From Octopus sinensis (Eukaryota), in contig NC_043006.1 in the NCBI RefSeq assembly GCF_006345805.1, positions 56,296,001-56,360,000 on the forward strand: a DNA stretch of 64,000 nucleotides, written 5' to 3'. The notes beneath the pieces are model-generated. The model was not told the origin of the DNA. It did no database searches and saw nothing but the letters and a program-made list of their open reading frames with translations. How positions within the stretch are numbered: position 1 is the first letter of the stretch; each line of letters starts with the position of its first letter. This document shows, in pieces, positions 51,609-64,000 of the stretch. The translations under genes were made by a program, and so were the position numbers.

Positions 51609-52014
51609 TCCCGTGTGTGTATATGTATATATGTGGAAATATGTCTGTATATATGTCTATATGTAAGCATATTGTAGTAATAAATTGCTATCTTAATTTT
51701 TTGTATGTGTAAGTATACATTCATGCATTTACAAAGGTATGTGCATGGGTGTGTGCGTGTCCTTGGGTGTGTGCGCGTGGGTCATCATTGAAAATACATA
51801 TCTGTTCGTTATCTCTTTCTCGAAGAAAATCCTTTCCCGGTTTCTACGTGAATGTAGGAGTAACTTTGCATAAGCAGTAAAACAAAACACAGAAAAAATT
51901 TCGTGTAAACGAAGCAAAATAAAATAATCAAAAAATGAGTGCCGTAGCCATCCACAGCTACAGCCTCCAACCATGTGTGTGTATGTGTGTGTATGTGTGT
52001 ATCTGCATATACAC

Positions 52015-52083
<69 letters not shown>

Positions 52084-52149
52084 TACACACACTCACACAC
52101 AAACACACACACACACACATATATATATATTTATATGTGTATATATATA

Positions 52150-52230
<81 letters not shown>

Positions 52231-52285
52231 TATATATATATGTGTGTGTGCGTAGAAGGTTGAAAGAAACACACAAGTTGATATG

Positions 52286-52595
52286 TATATGAAAAATAAG
52301 ACAAGGTAGAAATGCGAAAATAAATTTACCATGAAAAGCATTTTAGTACCGGTTTCAGTTTTTGCGACTTTTTCAACTTAAAGTCAAGCATGAAAGACAA
52401 CTAAATTGTGGAAAAATTAAATGAAATGTTTTTTATGGAAATATTTTTATAAAAACATTTTATTTAATTTTTCCGTCATTTAATCGTTTTTCATGCTTTT
52501 CTTGAAAAACTGGCAAAGGCTAAAACTGGTACTAAAATGATTTTCATGATAAAATTGTTTTAGTATTTTCTACCTTATCTTACTTTCTTTATATA
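52286..52595. repeat. Old fold-back element with decayed hammerhead-like motif in each arm
   Basis: The left arm read on the minus strand gives TTAAG-TTGAAAA-AGT..ACT-GAAA-CCGG-TA-CTAA; related to 37860-37945. Confidence 0.8.
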
Positions 52596-52757
52596 CATAC
52601 ATATATATATATATATACAAACTTCTATATCTACATACATATATTATTACATACATATATATACATTTATACATTTATATATATATGTATGTATATACAT
52701 ACGCATATATATAATATATATATATATATACATAAAGACTCACTCAACTATCAATCA

Positions 52758-52812
<55 letters not shown>

Positions 52813-53227
52813 CTTCTATCTGTCTATTATCTTTTACTCGCTACCGTAAATTGTCTGCAATGTGATGGGGCAGCGTTTTGTATGGTCTAGTGGAACTAAT
52901 TGATCCAAGTTCTAATTTTTTTTCAAGTCTGGTACTTATTATGTCGGTCTGTTATGCCGAACTGTTACGTTACAGGGATGTAAACAAAAGAAGGCCGGTC
53001 GCCTAGCGATAATGGTGAACAAACACACTATATAAGCACATACACATGCACATCACATACATATGTTCATGCATATCCATGCTTCCATCCAACATACTCA
53101 CGAGCGTACACACATGCATTCATAAATTCATGCATACATACATAAATATGTATATTCATACGTAAACACATATGCACACATATGTAGACATATATATATC
53201 TACACACACACACACACACATATATAT

Positions 53228-53266
<39 letters not shown>

Positions 53267-53269
<3 letters not shown>

Positions 53270-53589
53270 ACTCCGCCGGTTACGACGACGAGGGTCCCAG
53301 CTGATACGATCAACGGAACAGCTTGCTCGTGAAATTAACGTGCAAATGGCTGAGCATTCCACAGACACGTGTACCCTTAACGTAGTTCTCGGGGATAATC
53401 AGCGTGACACAGAGAGTGACAAGGCTGACCCTTTGAAATACAAGTACAACTCATTTTTGCCAGCTGAGTGGACTGGAGCAACGTAAAATAAAGTGTCTTG
53501 CTCAAGGACACAACGCGTCGCCGGGAATCGAACTCACAACCTTACGATCATGAGCCGAATGCCCTAACCACTAAGCCACGCGCCCTCAC
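53267..53589 (-). mobile_element. tRNA-derived SINE family 3 (CAT anticodon-like loop)
   Basis: ggcgcgtggcttagtggttagggcattcggctCATgatcg..gagttcgattccc, followed by gtgtccttgagcaagacac. Confidence 0.88.
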
Positions 53590-53618
53590 TATATATATAT
53601 ATAGTTAGATAGATAGAT

Positions 53619-53689
<71 letters not shown>

Positions 53690-54514
53690 CATAGATAGAT
53701 AATTTGTATCTATATACCTACATAATATGTACATGTACATACTTAAAAATATGCCTACTTTAATACATGCATACAGTACGCGTCGGCCATAGAAATTTGA
53801 TTGAGCGATTTAATCTAATTTCATTTAATTAAACAACAAAACAATAAAATCTATATCAATATCAAAATTTACAAAATAACATAAAAATATCCTTTAATCT
53901 CCGAGGATGATGACGGTGACAATGATTATGGCGGTTCTGATAGTGGTGGTGGTGACGCTGCCTGGGGTGGCCGATATCGTGATTGTAATATAATTTATGG
54001 AGTGTCGGTGATCTCGGTGACGGTGTTGATGGTGTTAGTGGCGATGGTAATGTTGATGATGGATGTTGTTGATGGTGGTGGTGGTGGTGGTGGTGGAGGC
54101 AATGGCGGTGAACAACGTTGTTGTCGGGTGATTGTGTTGATGGACACTGCAGTGTTAGTGATGTCTTCACCGCTGTTGTTTATTGCAAATTACCCTTCAT
54201 GGAGCCGGCTTATAATGAAAATTCTCACAGCCATAACCATGCTGTCTTTTTAGGAGCATATAGGATATCGTAATCAAAGTTTACTTTTTAAGACAATAAG
54301 GTGTGAATTGGAGGAGATTTGACGGTTAGGTTCTACTAGGTTTGGACCGCTAAGGTTGGCTCGGAAATTGATGGTGGTGGTAGGTTGCAGGTTTGGGTGT
54401 TAGTTCTGCAAAGATAGAAAGTTTTTTAGTAGCTCTTGTCTGTATGCAAGAGATAAAGATTTAACTTAAGATGATTTCTGGCGACTATAGTTGTCCATTT
54501 TCTGTTATGCATTT

Positions 54515-54715
54515 ATTCAATTACTTGTTTCAGTCATTGGACTACAGCCATGCTGGGGCACGCCTTAAGGATTCAGTCAGACAAAGCAAGTGACATATAG
54601 ATTGATTCGGGTTTATAGCAGAAAACATTTGCCCACGGCGCCGTGCAGTAGAACTGAACCTGAAACCACGTGCGGTTGCGAAGCAAACTTTTTAACAACA
54701 CTGCCATACTTGCAT
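54515..54715 (-). mobile_element. SINE family 1, diverged and deleted
   Basis: Tail and head motifs. Confidence 0.7.
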
Positions 54716-55135
54716 CAATGATTATTTTTGTTTTGTTATTTTCTTGAATAGAGGGGAAGTCTCTGTCGATGACAACGACGACGACAGCAACGATGGAGAT
54801 GAAGATGATCATGATCATGATGATGTTTATAGGTGATATTTTATCCTATTAATGTTTGGAATTCTAGTTAATACTCTTACAAAATACTTTATCATAAATA
54901 TCACCATTACTATCAACACAATCAGCGTCAAAATTATCGTCACCCACCAAGAAACTATGACCCCCACCCCACAGCCAGCGCAACTATCCTCTCCCTCCTC
55001 CTCCTTCCTATCATCATCATCATCATTGCTATCGTTATTGCTATCATCATTTTCATCACAACCAACACCACCATTACCGCCACCACTACCCGCAAGCATC
55101 ACCATCTAACATCTTCACCAAACATCATCATCATC

Positions 55136-55171
<36 letters not shown>

Positions 55172-55181
55172 CTTGCCTTAC

Positions 55182-55247
55182 CTTGACGCTGAGGACAGTT
55201 CCAAGTCCGACTTGTAAGATAAACGTGACTATAAAAAACTTCCACAT
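55182..55247 (-). CDS. First coding exon of an unidentified secreted or type-I membrane protein (signal peptide)
   Basis: tcaatcATG context; MWKFFIVTFILQVGLGTVLSVK (basic n-region, hydrophobic core, VLS site); AAG|GTAAGG phase-0 donor. Confidence 0.7.
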
Positions 55248-57099
55248 GATTGAAACAATCACAAGTTCTTTATCTTCTTTTTCTACTTTCACTTTCTCAC
55301 TCAAAACAACTTTATTCAAACTCTCAATGTATTTTTTCTTCGTAGTTGTTCTTTCTGTTGTAGTAATAGTTATAGTTGTTTATAAAGTTTTAGCCGTTTA
55401 TTGTTTCCATTCATAAAGTTCCTGTTATTGTTGTTAACGTGTATATGCGAGAAAGTGTGTGTGTGTAGTATTTGACTTAGTTTTCGTTTCCGCTTAACGA
55501 CGATTATGATGAAAAAGTTGTGTTTGTGTGTTAATAATATGTATAAAATAATATTAATACAAAATAGTAATCACTCTTAGATGTTGATATTATTACTGCG
55601 CGCACAGACACACACGCACACACACACACATATATATGTGTATTAATTCATATATATTTATAGTTATTATTCTTTGCAATATTGTTATTGGTGTAGTTAA
55701 TGTCAGCTGGGGTTTTTTTTTTGTCAGTATTATAATCGTATTTTTTTTAGATCGTTGCTGTTGCTGCTATTATTGTTTCTTCTGGTGTTGTTTGTATTGT
55801 TGTGGTTCTTGGAAGTAATGTTCTTGCAGAGATATATACACATGCACTTATTATACACAAAAATAATTTATAAAAACTGCATAAACAGAATGCAATTCAG
55901 TTTTCAATTTGTCAAGAATAAGTACATATTCGCGTGCGCTCCAAAACGTATATATATAGTTTTCTTTCGTCTATTTGTTTTTTGTTAATTGCTAAATTAC
56001 TTTAGCTGTGGTTGTTCTTAATTTTTAAAAAAACTATTTTTTTATCTGCTTTTATTTTCAGTTTGTGATTTTGATTTTTTTTTTCGCTTCCTATATTTTT
56101 CTTTTCACTTTACTACTTTTTTACTTTCCAAATTCCTTAAACTGAACGATTCTTTTTACTCCGTTTGCAGCAATCAGCCTTGCTGTTGATAATATTATTG
56201 TTGTTGTACTGTAATTTTTTTTTTAATAAAAAATTTTTATAACTATTTTCTTTTTTTTTTTTTTCCTCAGATTTTTCTTCCTTTTAGAATTCCTGTTGAT
56301 GTTATTAGTATCATTCTTTCTTTTTCTCCTTCCTCTCGATCTGAAGTTTTCGACGTAAAATTTTCAAAAGAATCGAATGTTCTTAACTTCCGTCTCCAGA
56401 AATATTATTAATTATTTTTTTTTTTCTTTTTTATATTTTTAAAAAATATTTTTCTGAAAATTTCAGCAACTTACGTTGTTATTCTTGTGACTTTTAATAT
56501 TGGTGAGATATCAATACTTTATTATTGCTGTTGTCGTTTTTATTGTTGCTGCTCTGCCGTTTATCTTTGTTTATAATTGTTGTTGTTGTTGCCGTTGTTA
56601 ACTTCTCGCTTCCTACTTGATTTATCTCTTTGTCCAACTTTCATCTTTATTTCATCGTTTCTCTCACAACTTCAATTTATGTTTATCTCTCTCTCTCTCT
56701 CTCTGTATCTATCTGTTTGTCTACCTCTCTCTCTTTCTTTCTCTCTCTCTCTCTCTCTCTTGCATGCACAATCTTTCTGTCTATCCCACCCCCGCAATTT
56801 TCATATCATTTGTATTCTTTTTATAGTCATTCCACACACGCACCACACATACACATACACTCACTCACACACATAAAACACACACATGCATACACACATA
56901 CACACGCGCACACACTCACTCTCTCTCTCTCTCTCTTTCTCTCTGTCTCGCTCTCTCTTTTACTTCACTCTATCTTCTCCTTCAATCCGTTTCTGTCTCT
57001 GTCACTATCTTTCTAACTCCGTTCCTCAACAACAAAACACACACACGCACTCATACACACACACGCTAAAGCACACGCACATATTTCTCTCGCACGCAC

Positions 57100-57330
57100 A
57101 CGCTTTCTCTCTCGCGCGCCAACAATCACACGCACGCATAGCGCACACACTCACACAAAGACTCGCAAAGATCCGCTCCCCTCTTGCGCAGTCACTCAAT
57201 TCTTTTCCTCGCTCACTAACTTTCTCTTTTCCTTAAGCACCCCCTTCTTCTCATTTACTCTCACCCTCTCTCCTTTCTTTAACTTCTTACTGCCTCTCGC
57301 TTTCTCTCTCTCTCTCTCTCTCTAAATATA
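57100..57330 (-). promoter_or_regulatory. Probable promoter/TSS of the minus-strand gene
   Basis: Local CpG-rich patch between (GA)n tracts; Inr-like TTAGT at 57219-57215; downstream minus strand is A-rich and leader-like. Confidence 0.4.
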
Positions 57331-57649
57331 TATATATCTTCCTTCCACTCTTATCATTCAAGGATCTCTTTTTCCCACTCTCTGCATGCTCTTTTGAAAC
57401 AAGCAATGTTATGGTTCGCTCCGCAGTGTCAGCCGTCTATATTAGTGAAAAATTGCAATGGTCTGTTCCGTAAGGGAACAGCCGTTTATCAATGAATGTT
57501 TGGCTTTTGTTTACCCTATTTTTTTCCTACCACCCACGCTTGTCTCTTGATTACGTTACTCTGCTGATCACCACCCACCCACCCACTATTACATCTCTAT
57601 CCAACCCGTCCATACGATCAGCGCCTCCACCATCACCACCACCCACGCC

Positions 57650-57747
57650 ATGTCCACTTCTAGCGCCACCTCCACTTCTACCGCCACCACCATTACCACC
57701 TTCACGAACTTCTACTACTACTACTACTACTGCTACTACTACTACTG

Positions 57748-57820
<73 letters not shown>

Positions 57821-57990
57821 AGCAAACACGTGGTCGTCTTCATTAGTAACACCTACACATTTTTCGGCTACCACCAGTCATGTACTTCTATGCTACAGCC
57901 GCACCACCAACTCCAAAACCACCACTACCATCACCACCACCACCATCACCAACACCACCACCACCACCACCACTACTACTTCTACTACTG
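57650..57990. repeat. (CTA)n/(CCA)n trinucleotide arrays
   Basis: Direct reading. Confidence 0.9.
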
Positions 57991-58465
57991 CCTGCACTAA
58001 TCCCAGTAACCATACACCCTCCACTATCGCACTACCGTCACCATTAACACTTTCATACACTTCACTATTCCTGCAACCGAACGCATACCATCGCAGACAC
58101 ACTCACACACACACATCACGCACACGCACACTCACATACACACACACACACGCATACACACACACTCTTGCGTGCACAGACACACGCACGCAGTGTGTAC
58201 GTGTGTTTGAGCGTGTGAGTGTGTTTGTGTGTTTTTGTGTATGCGTGTGTGCGTGTGTGTGTGTGTTATTGATACTGCTAGTGTAGTGTGCATAACACAT
58301 GATGCTTCCACAACAAGCGCCAGTTCCGCCGAACGACGATATCCACAACCGCCGTCACACTACCTCTAACACCGACCAACTGCTCCACGGCTAATAAGTT
58401 GTGTGTACGTGTGGGAGGCGAGGGAGGAGGGACGAACCATCTAGCTTTCACCACTACAGGCAATA

Positions 58466-58696
58466 TTCTCTTTACTCTTTTACTTGTTTCAGTCATTTGA
58501 CTGCGGCCATGCTGGAGCACCGCCTTTTAGTCGAGCAAATCGACCCCAGGACTTATTCGTTGTAAGCCGAGTACTTATTCCATCGGTCTCTTTTGCCGAA
58601 CCGCTAAGTTACGGGGACGTAAACATACCAGCATCGGTTGTCAAGCGATGTTGGGGGGACAAAGACAGACACACAAACACACGCACACATATGCAT

Positions 58697-58735
<39 letters not shown>

Positions 58736-58899
58736 CGACAGGCTTCTTTCAGTTTCCGTCTACCAAATCCACTCACAAGGCTTTGGTCGGCCCGAGGCTA
58801 TAGTAGAAGACACTTTCCCAAGGTGCCACGCAGTGGGACTGAACCCGGAACCGTGTGGTTGGTAAGCAAGCTACTTACCACACAGCCACTCCTGCGCCT
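58466..58899 (-). mobile_element. SINE family 1
   Basis: Full-length copy. Confidence 0.92.
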
Positions 58900-59449
58900 G
58901 TGAGTGTAATCAAAATGGTACCCAGCGCCACCACAACGATTACTAATAACAGCAGCTAAATATACCTGAAATTGCACCTAGAATAAATAAAGGAAAAATG
59001 AATCAGGCGGGTGTGTCTTGGCCTGCAGGATCTTTAATCATAGATCTGCTCAATGAGGCCAGACCAGGGGCTAAACAACACAATCTCAACAAAGAAATCT
59101 TACGCTCATGTCGGCAATGGTCATGTCTGGGTGATCATGGCTGGAACGCTTTTGAGAAGGTCAATCAGGGCTGACTTGTGTCTAAGAAGGATGAGACTCC
59201 ACTATATCCAATAAAATCACATTAATGGCGTCCCCGCGCCAGCACCACCAGGGCCCTAGCTTATGAATCCTTATGTGGTTGCCTGATCTGCTAGAAATAG
59301 CAGTTAAACCCTATTGCTTTAATCAGATATTGGATAACGTAGATGTAGATGTATTATGTTAAAAATAAAGCAGGATAATCACGGTTGGAATATCTTTCAT
59401 GAGAACTCGATCCGATTAAGGTTCACTGGGGGTGTGGGGTCAAATAATA

Positions 59450-59670
59450 CTAATTGTTTCCAATTTTGATACAAGGCCAGTAATTTTGAGAAGAGGGGAC
59501 AAATCGATTATGTTAACCCCGGCATTTGATTCCCACTGTTTCACTGACCCGAAGGGTTAAAAGGCAAACTTGGCCTTGTCGTAATTTGCATTCGGAATAT
59601 AGAGCCGGAATAAATGTTTGTTTAGCATTTTGTCCTAAGCGCTAACCATCATGCATGCTCACCACCTTCA
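59450..59670 (-). mobile_element. SINE family 4 (diverged)
   Basis: tacaaggccag.aatttt..aaaggcaaa. Confidence 0.7.
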
Positions 59671-59859
59671 GTGATCTAATGATAATACTTTTACTAATTC
59701 TCTAAACTTTACAGTTGTGTTGTTTTTATATTTTTCTCACCCAGCCCCGCTCAGTTCCTTTCTGTCTTGCGTTTTTAATATTCTCCATCATCATCCACTC
59801 AATCTATCAATCACCTGTCTTGTTATACAGTTCAAAACGCTGAAAACACCGACACCAGC

Positions 59860-59972
59860 AGCAGCACCACCACAACCACCACTACCACCAGCACTACCAG
59901 CACCATCCCCACCACTACCACTACCAACCGCACCACCACCAGCACCACCATTATTACCACAACCACCATCAC

Positions 59973-60018
<46 letters not shown>

Positions 60019-60280
60019 ATCATCATCATCATAATTCTTCTCCTTCTTATTCTTATTCTTTTTCTTCTTTTTCTTTGTATAAATCTTTTTTGTATTTCTT
60101 TGTCTTCAACTTCATCTATTTCTTTTCCTTCTACTTTTCTTCTTCTTCTTCTTCTTCTTCTTTTTCTTCTTCTTTTTCTTCTTCTTTTTCTTCTTCTTCT
60201 TCTTCTTCTTCTTCTTCTTCTTCTTCTTTTGCTGCTGCTGCTTCCTTTTCTCCTCCTCCGCTTCCTCTTCCTCTTCCACC
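59860..60280. repeat. (CAC)n/(CAT)n/(TTC)n arrays
   Basis: Direct reading. Confidence 0.9.
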
Positions 60281-60559
60281 TTACTACATAATTCTCTACT
60301 CCGTTAAAGACTTATTCAGACAACCGATTCAATGATACCGTTCACCGTTTACACGTTAAACCGGTTACTTGGAGATGAGCTGTTCCATTTGCATCAATTT
60401 GGGACCAAAAAGGATTTTAGACCCAAGAGAACGCACACACAAACACACTCACCTCTCAAACGAAGGAACACTGTTTGTGTCTGTGTGTTTGCGCGATTGC
60501 ATGTCTGTGTGTCCGTGTGTATAGAGTAATCTGATTGTTGATGTTGTCAAAGGATTCAG

Positions 60560-60730
60560 AAACAACGGAGTTGCTAACAATTGGTTGAAACGTGCTGGTA
60601 AATGTATGGAGAATGTGAGCCCTCTCTCAGAGAAGGGCACGAAACGGCCCCTTTTGTGTGGCCTGTCTGGTGGTACGTGCTTCTCCAAGACAGGCCTATA
60701 CAGCCACAAATGTGTCCACAGACTCGCCCC
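60560..60730 (+). mobile_element. RTE-like 3' terminal zinc-finger relic
   Basis: LCGLSGGTCFSKTGLYSHKCVH. Confidence 0.5.
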
Positions 60731-60794
60731 CACCGCCTACCAATGTAATTGATATCCAGTATGTTCTACTATTTTTAATCTCATCTGGTAGAAA

Positions 60795-60870
60795 TGGTGA
60801 AGGCGCGTGGCTTGGTGGTTAGGGTGTTGGATCATGGTCGTAAGATTGTGGTTTCGATTCCTGTGCAAAA
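60795..60870 (+). mobile_element. SINE family 3 tRNA head
   Basis: gaaggcgcgtggcttggtggttaggg..gtttcgattcc. Confidence 0.75.
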
Positions 60871-61129
60871 CACTTTTTTTTCACGTTTTTCAAGTCCACA
60901 CTTTTAGCAAAAATGAATAATCTTGCTACGGATCGGCGTCCCGTTCAGGTAGGAATGTATACGCTATGGAAACCAGGAAACCAGCCGTATAAGTCTATAT
61001 GACTCGGGAAGGAACTTTACGTTACTCTTAATTATGTCCCCTCTTGTGTATTACTCTTTACTACGTTCTCTCGTGTGCAGGTCAGCGAGTGAATTCACTC
61101 TACATTGTTAGGTCCCAGCATCCAGATGG

Positions 61130-61335
61130 TCAGGCTGTTAATGGATGGTTGATTTGTGGACGGTGCTTCAGCATGGCCGCAGTCAAATGACTGAAACAAG
61201 TAAAAGAGTAAAAAATAAAACCAAGACATGTTTCCAAACGGTGGGTGAGACGACGGACCTCTATAGTTTCCGTCAACCAAATTCACTCACAAGGATTTAA
61301 TAAGCCTAAATAGTAGGCCATGGTAGAAGACTATC
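61130..61335 (+). mobile_element. SINE family 1 fragments (plus orientation)
   Basis: cagcatggccgcagtcaaatgactgaaacaagtaaaagag. Confidence 0.8.
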
Positions 61336-61439
61336 ACACAAGTTTTATGCTTTTAATTACATGTATGTGTAATAACATTAAGAATTACATGTTTTTCAAG
61401 AGGCTCAAATATAAGTATGTTTTAATGCCATTAATTGTA

Positions 61440-61760
61440 CGTAAGCTTTTGAAAACATTGTGGTACCTTTAGATGCTCCTTGTGGGAAAACTGTTTAAGA
61501 ATCAATGCCCTATAATCTCGAAAAGTGTGAACGGCTACTACAAATATTGTAGTTCTAGTACCAGCTTTTCAAAAGAACAATAGTTAGGGGTGGAAAATAT
61601 TTTCTTATGAGCCGATGAGAATGCTTCTAATTGATCGGTTAAGAGAATAGATGGTGTATCAGTTAGTTATACTACACCGACTTTATTGGACAAGATGAAA
61701 ATTAATGTGTGTACGCCTAGAATTTTAGCAGTGCTGTGAAATGTAAACAAATATTTAGAA
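61440..61760 (+). mobile_element. Highly decayed Penelope-type RT relic
   Basis: ENIVVPLD (TNVPLD-like) and IDGVSVSYTTPTLLD (QxDGVxMGSPL-like). Confidence 0.35.
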
Positions 61761-62162
61761 AAAAATGTTTATATCTCTCTGTGGTACTGGGATTGTCTTA
61801 CCTATTTTCTCTTCCGACACTTTCCACCCACGGAGAAATTAATAGCTTATAGCTATTAATATATCAATGAGTTGAAACTAGTCAGGACATTGCTACCATC
61901 TTTAACGTCAATAACAGTAAGAAAAATAACAACATCAACAACAAAACAAAGAAACAAAACAAATACTCGATCAGTAATATGGATGAACATTTGTAGTGGT
62001 CAACTTTGAAATGAAGGAATTCGGTATTCGGAACGAGTGTCTATATATGCGAATTACAGAGCACAGAGGTAGCTGCAGGACCCATAAACTGGTGGTCCCT
62101 AGATAGAAATTAAAAGTTACTGGAGGTAATTTCTAAAGTCGAAATATGGTTAGGATGTTTGC

Positions 62163-62577
62163 TTACGCTTTTACTCTTTTACTTGTCTCAGTCATTTGAC
62201 TGCGGCCATGCTAGAGCACCGCCTTTAGTCGAGCAAATCAACCCCAGGACTTATTCTTTGTAAGCCCAGTACTTATTCTATCGGTCTCTTTTGCCGAACC
62301 GCTAAGTTATGGGGATGTAAACACACCACCATCGGTTGTCAAGCGATGCTGGGGGGACAAAAACAGACATAAACACATACACACACACACATATATATAC
62401 ATATAAACATATATACGACAGGCTTCTTTCAGTTTCCGTCTACCAAATCTACTCACAAGGCTTTGGTCGGCCCAAGGCTATAGTAGAAGACGCTTTCCCA
62501 AGGAGCCATGCAGTGGGACTGAACCCAGAACAATGTGGTTGGTAACCAGGCTACTTACCACACAGCCACTCCTGCTT
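62163..62577 (-). mobile_element. SINE family 1
   Basis: Full-length copy. Confidence 0.92.
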
Positions 62578-62817
62578 CATAACCACATATTTTCGAGTTC
62601 GCTTCAACTACTTGGCACCTTGAATAAGTGTTTTCTACTATAGCGTCAGGTAATGGTTAGTTAATGAAATTTTTATCGGCAGAAATATATACAAAAACCT
62701 TGACATATATACACTTACACATATATACACCTACACATATATACACCTACACATATATACACATATATATGTGTGTTTATATGTACGTATTTATGCATGT
62801 TTGTATGTGTGTATATA

Positions 62818-63221
62818 CAGGATGTCGGGCAATTTTTTTAAAAAACTCACTTTTAATTATGTCTAATGTGTATAAACTTTAATCTTATTCCCAATTTTTC
62901 CCGCTTTTTTTTTTTTTGATTTGGCTGCTAACATTTTCTCTCAGGGTGGCGCAATAGTCTTGCTGGAGACTTCAAGAATGCATTCAGTGAGCAGGAGTTA
63001 ATTCCTGAAAAGCTTCAAAATGTGTTTCGCACTAAGAGTAAATTCGAAATTTGCAAGGATACAGACGGAGGATGTGTGGAAAATTTTCAATCAAATTTTA
63101 ACGTAAAATTTATAAATCCATTTGTTTTGGTATCATAACCAAGTAATAAACAAAATTCTGTCAGTTCTTTTCAAATTTGCTCGATTCCATTGAAATCGAT
63201 ATTTAATTTTGGGATAACCTG
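62818..63221 (+). mobile_element. Internally deleted Tc1/mariner element with TA target duplication
   Basis: TA-CAGGATGTC...GATAACCTG-TA; EKLQNVF..ICKDTDGGCVENF transposase C-terminus. Confidence 0.75.
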
Positions 63222-63318
63222 TATATTTATATATGTATATGTATGCGTGTGTATACATACATACATACATACATATATACACACATATATAAGTTTCCAA
63301 ACACATACAAACATATAC

Positions 63319-63392
<74 letters not shown>

Positions 63393-63547
63393 GTGGGGTT
63401 AAAAATATAGAAAGAATAGAGCTCATTATATTGAGTATATAGTATTTATCCAGCTGTAATGTCACATAAGTGACTCGAGGGTTAAGCGTTTCGTTCGTTG
63501 CACTTAGCAAAATTCGCACATTCAATGTATTTGTTTGTTTGTTTGTT

Positions 63548-63586
<39 letters not shown>

Positions 63587-63917
63587 AAACCACGCCAAAC
63601 GCATCTGAAATTCAATTACCCATGGTTTTCTGACCGGCATATTAAATTTGTTTCGCCATTTTTCAAGCTGGTATATTTAAAGAGTGGGTTAGCAACTCCG
63701 TATGTATTGTTTATATATCACTTAACATGTTCGGAATTATTAACACAACATGTTGACATTATGAGCTTGAGAAATAGCAAAATACATTTATTATTCCAGT
63801 CAGGAAACCCTGGGTAGTTATATTTTATGTTTTTTTTTTTGTGTTTTTAATTATTAATATATTTACTCTCATAACTGACCGAGTTTTCTACTGTTTGTTG
63901 ACTCTCTTTGCACGCAG

Positions 63918-63995
<78 letters not shown>
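63918..63995. repeat. (TATC)n microsatellite
   Basis: Direct reading. Confidence 0.95.
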
Positions 63996-64000
63996 AGTTT

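Noticed and set aside
53510-53589. tRNA-Met-like gene
   Set aside because: No acceptor stem or oligo-T terminator; it continues into a SINE body, as do all tRNA-like heads here.
57492-58286. 264-aa Thr/Pro-rich mucin-like ORF
   Set aside because: Built from (CTA)n/(CCA)n arrays, open in several frames, no splice or domain support.

Overview
AT-rich, microsatellite-saturated eukaryotic DNA. It is probably a coleoid cephalopod such as Octopus; this is inferred from repeat style and SINE sequences, not from a search. There is one 100-N gap (35998-36097). Most ORFs in the supplied track are microsatellite artefacts. One host gene is supported: a minus-strand gene for a secreted or membrane protein whose first coding exon (55247-55182, MWKFFIVTFILQVGLGTVLSVK, then a GTAAG donor) sits behind a roughly 2 kb A-rich leader. 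Most of the window to its left is probably intronic, with one plausible further exon at 47183-47118. The rest is decayed mobile DNA: Penelope-like elements (PLE; RT and GIY-YIG pieces), three Helitron pieces, a Chapaev-like transposase, three Tc1/mariner relics, CR1-like, RTE and R4/Dong-like LINE pieces, an ORF1-only zinc-knuckle element and more than 20 tRNA-derived SINE copies. The most striking unexplained structure is about ten type-I hammerhead-ribozyme-like motifs. One has a complete catalytic core. Several sit in long fold-back (hairpin) elements with one motif per arm, and one is fused to a tRNA-SINE head. Also notable are a LINE and a SINE sharing a 3' hairpin with compensatory base changes, a 240-nt hairpin beside the candidate exon, and a pre-miRNA-like stem.
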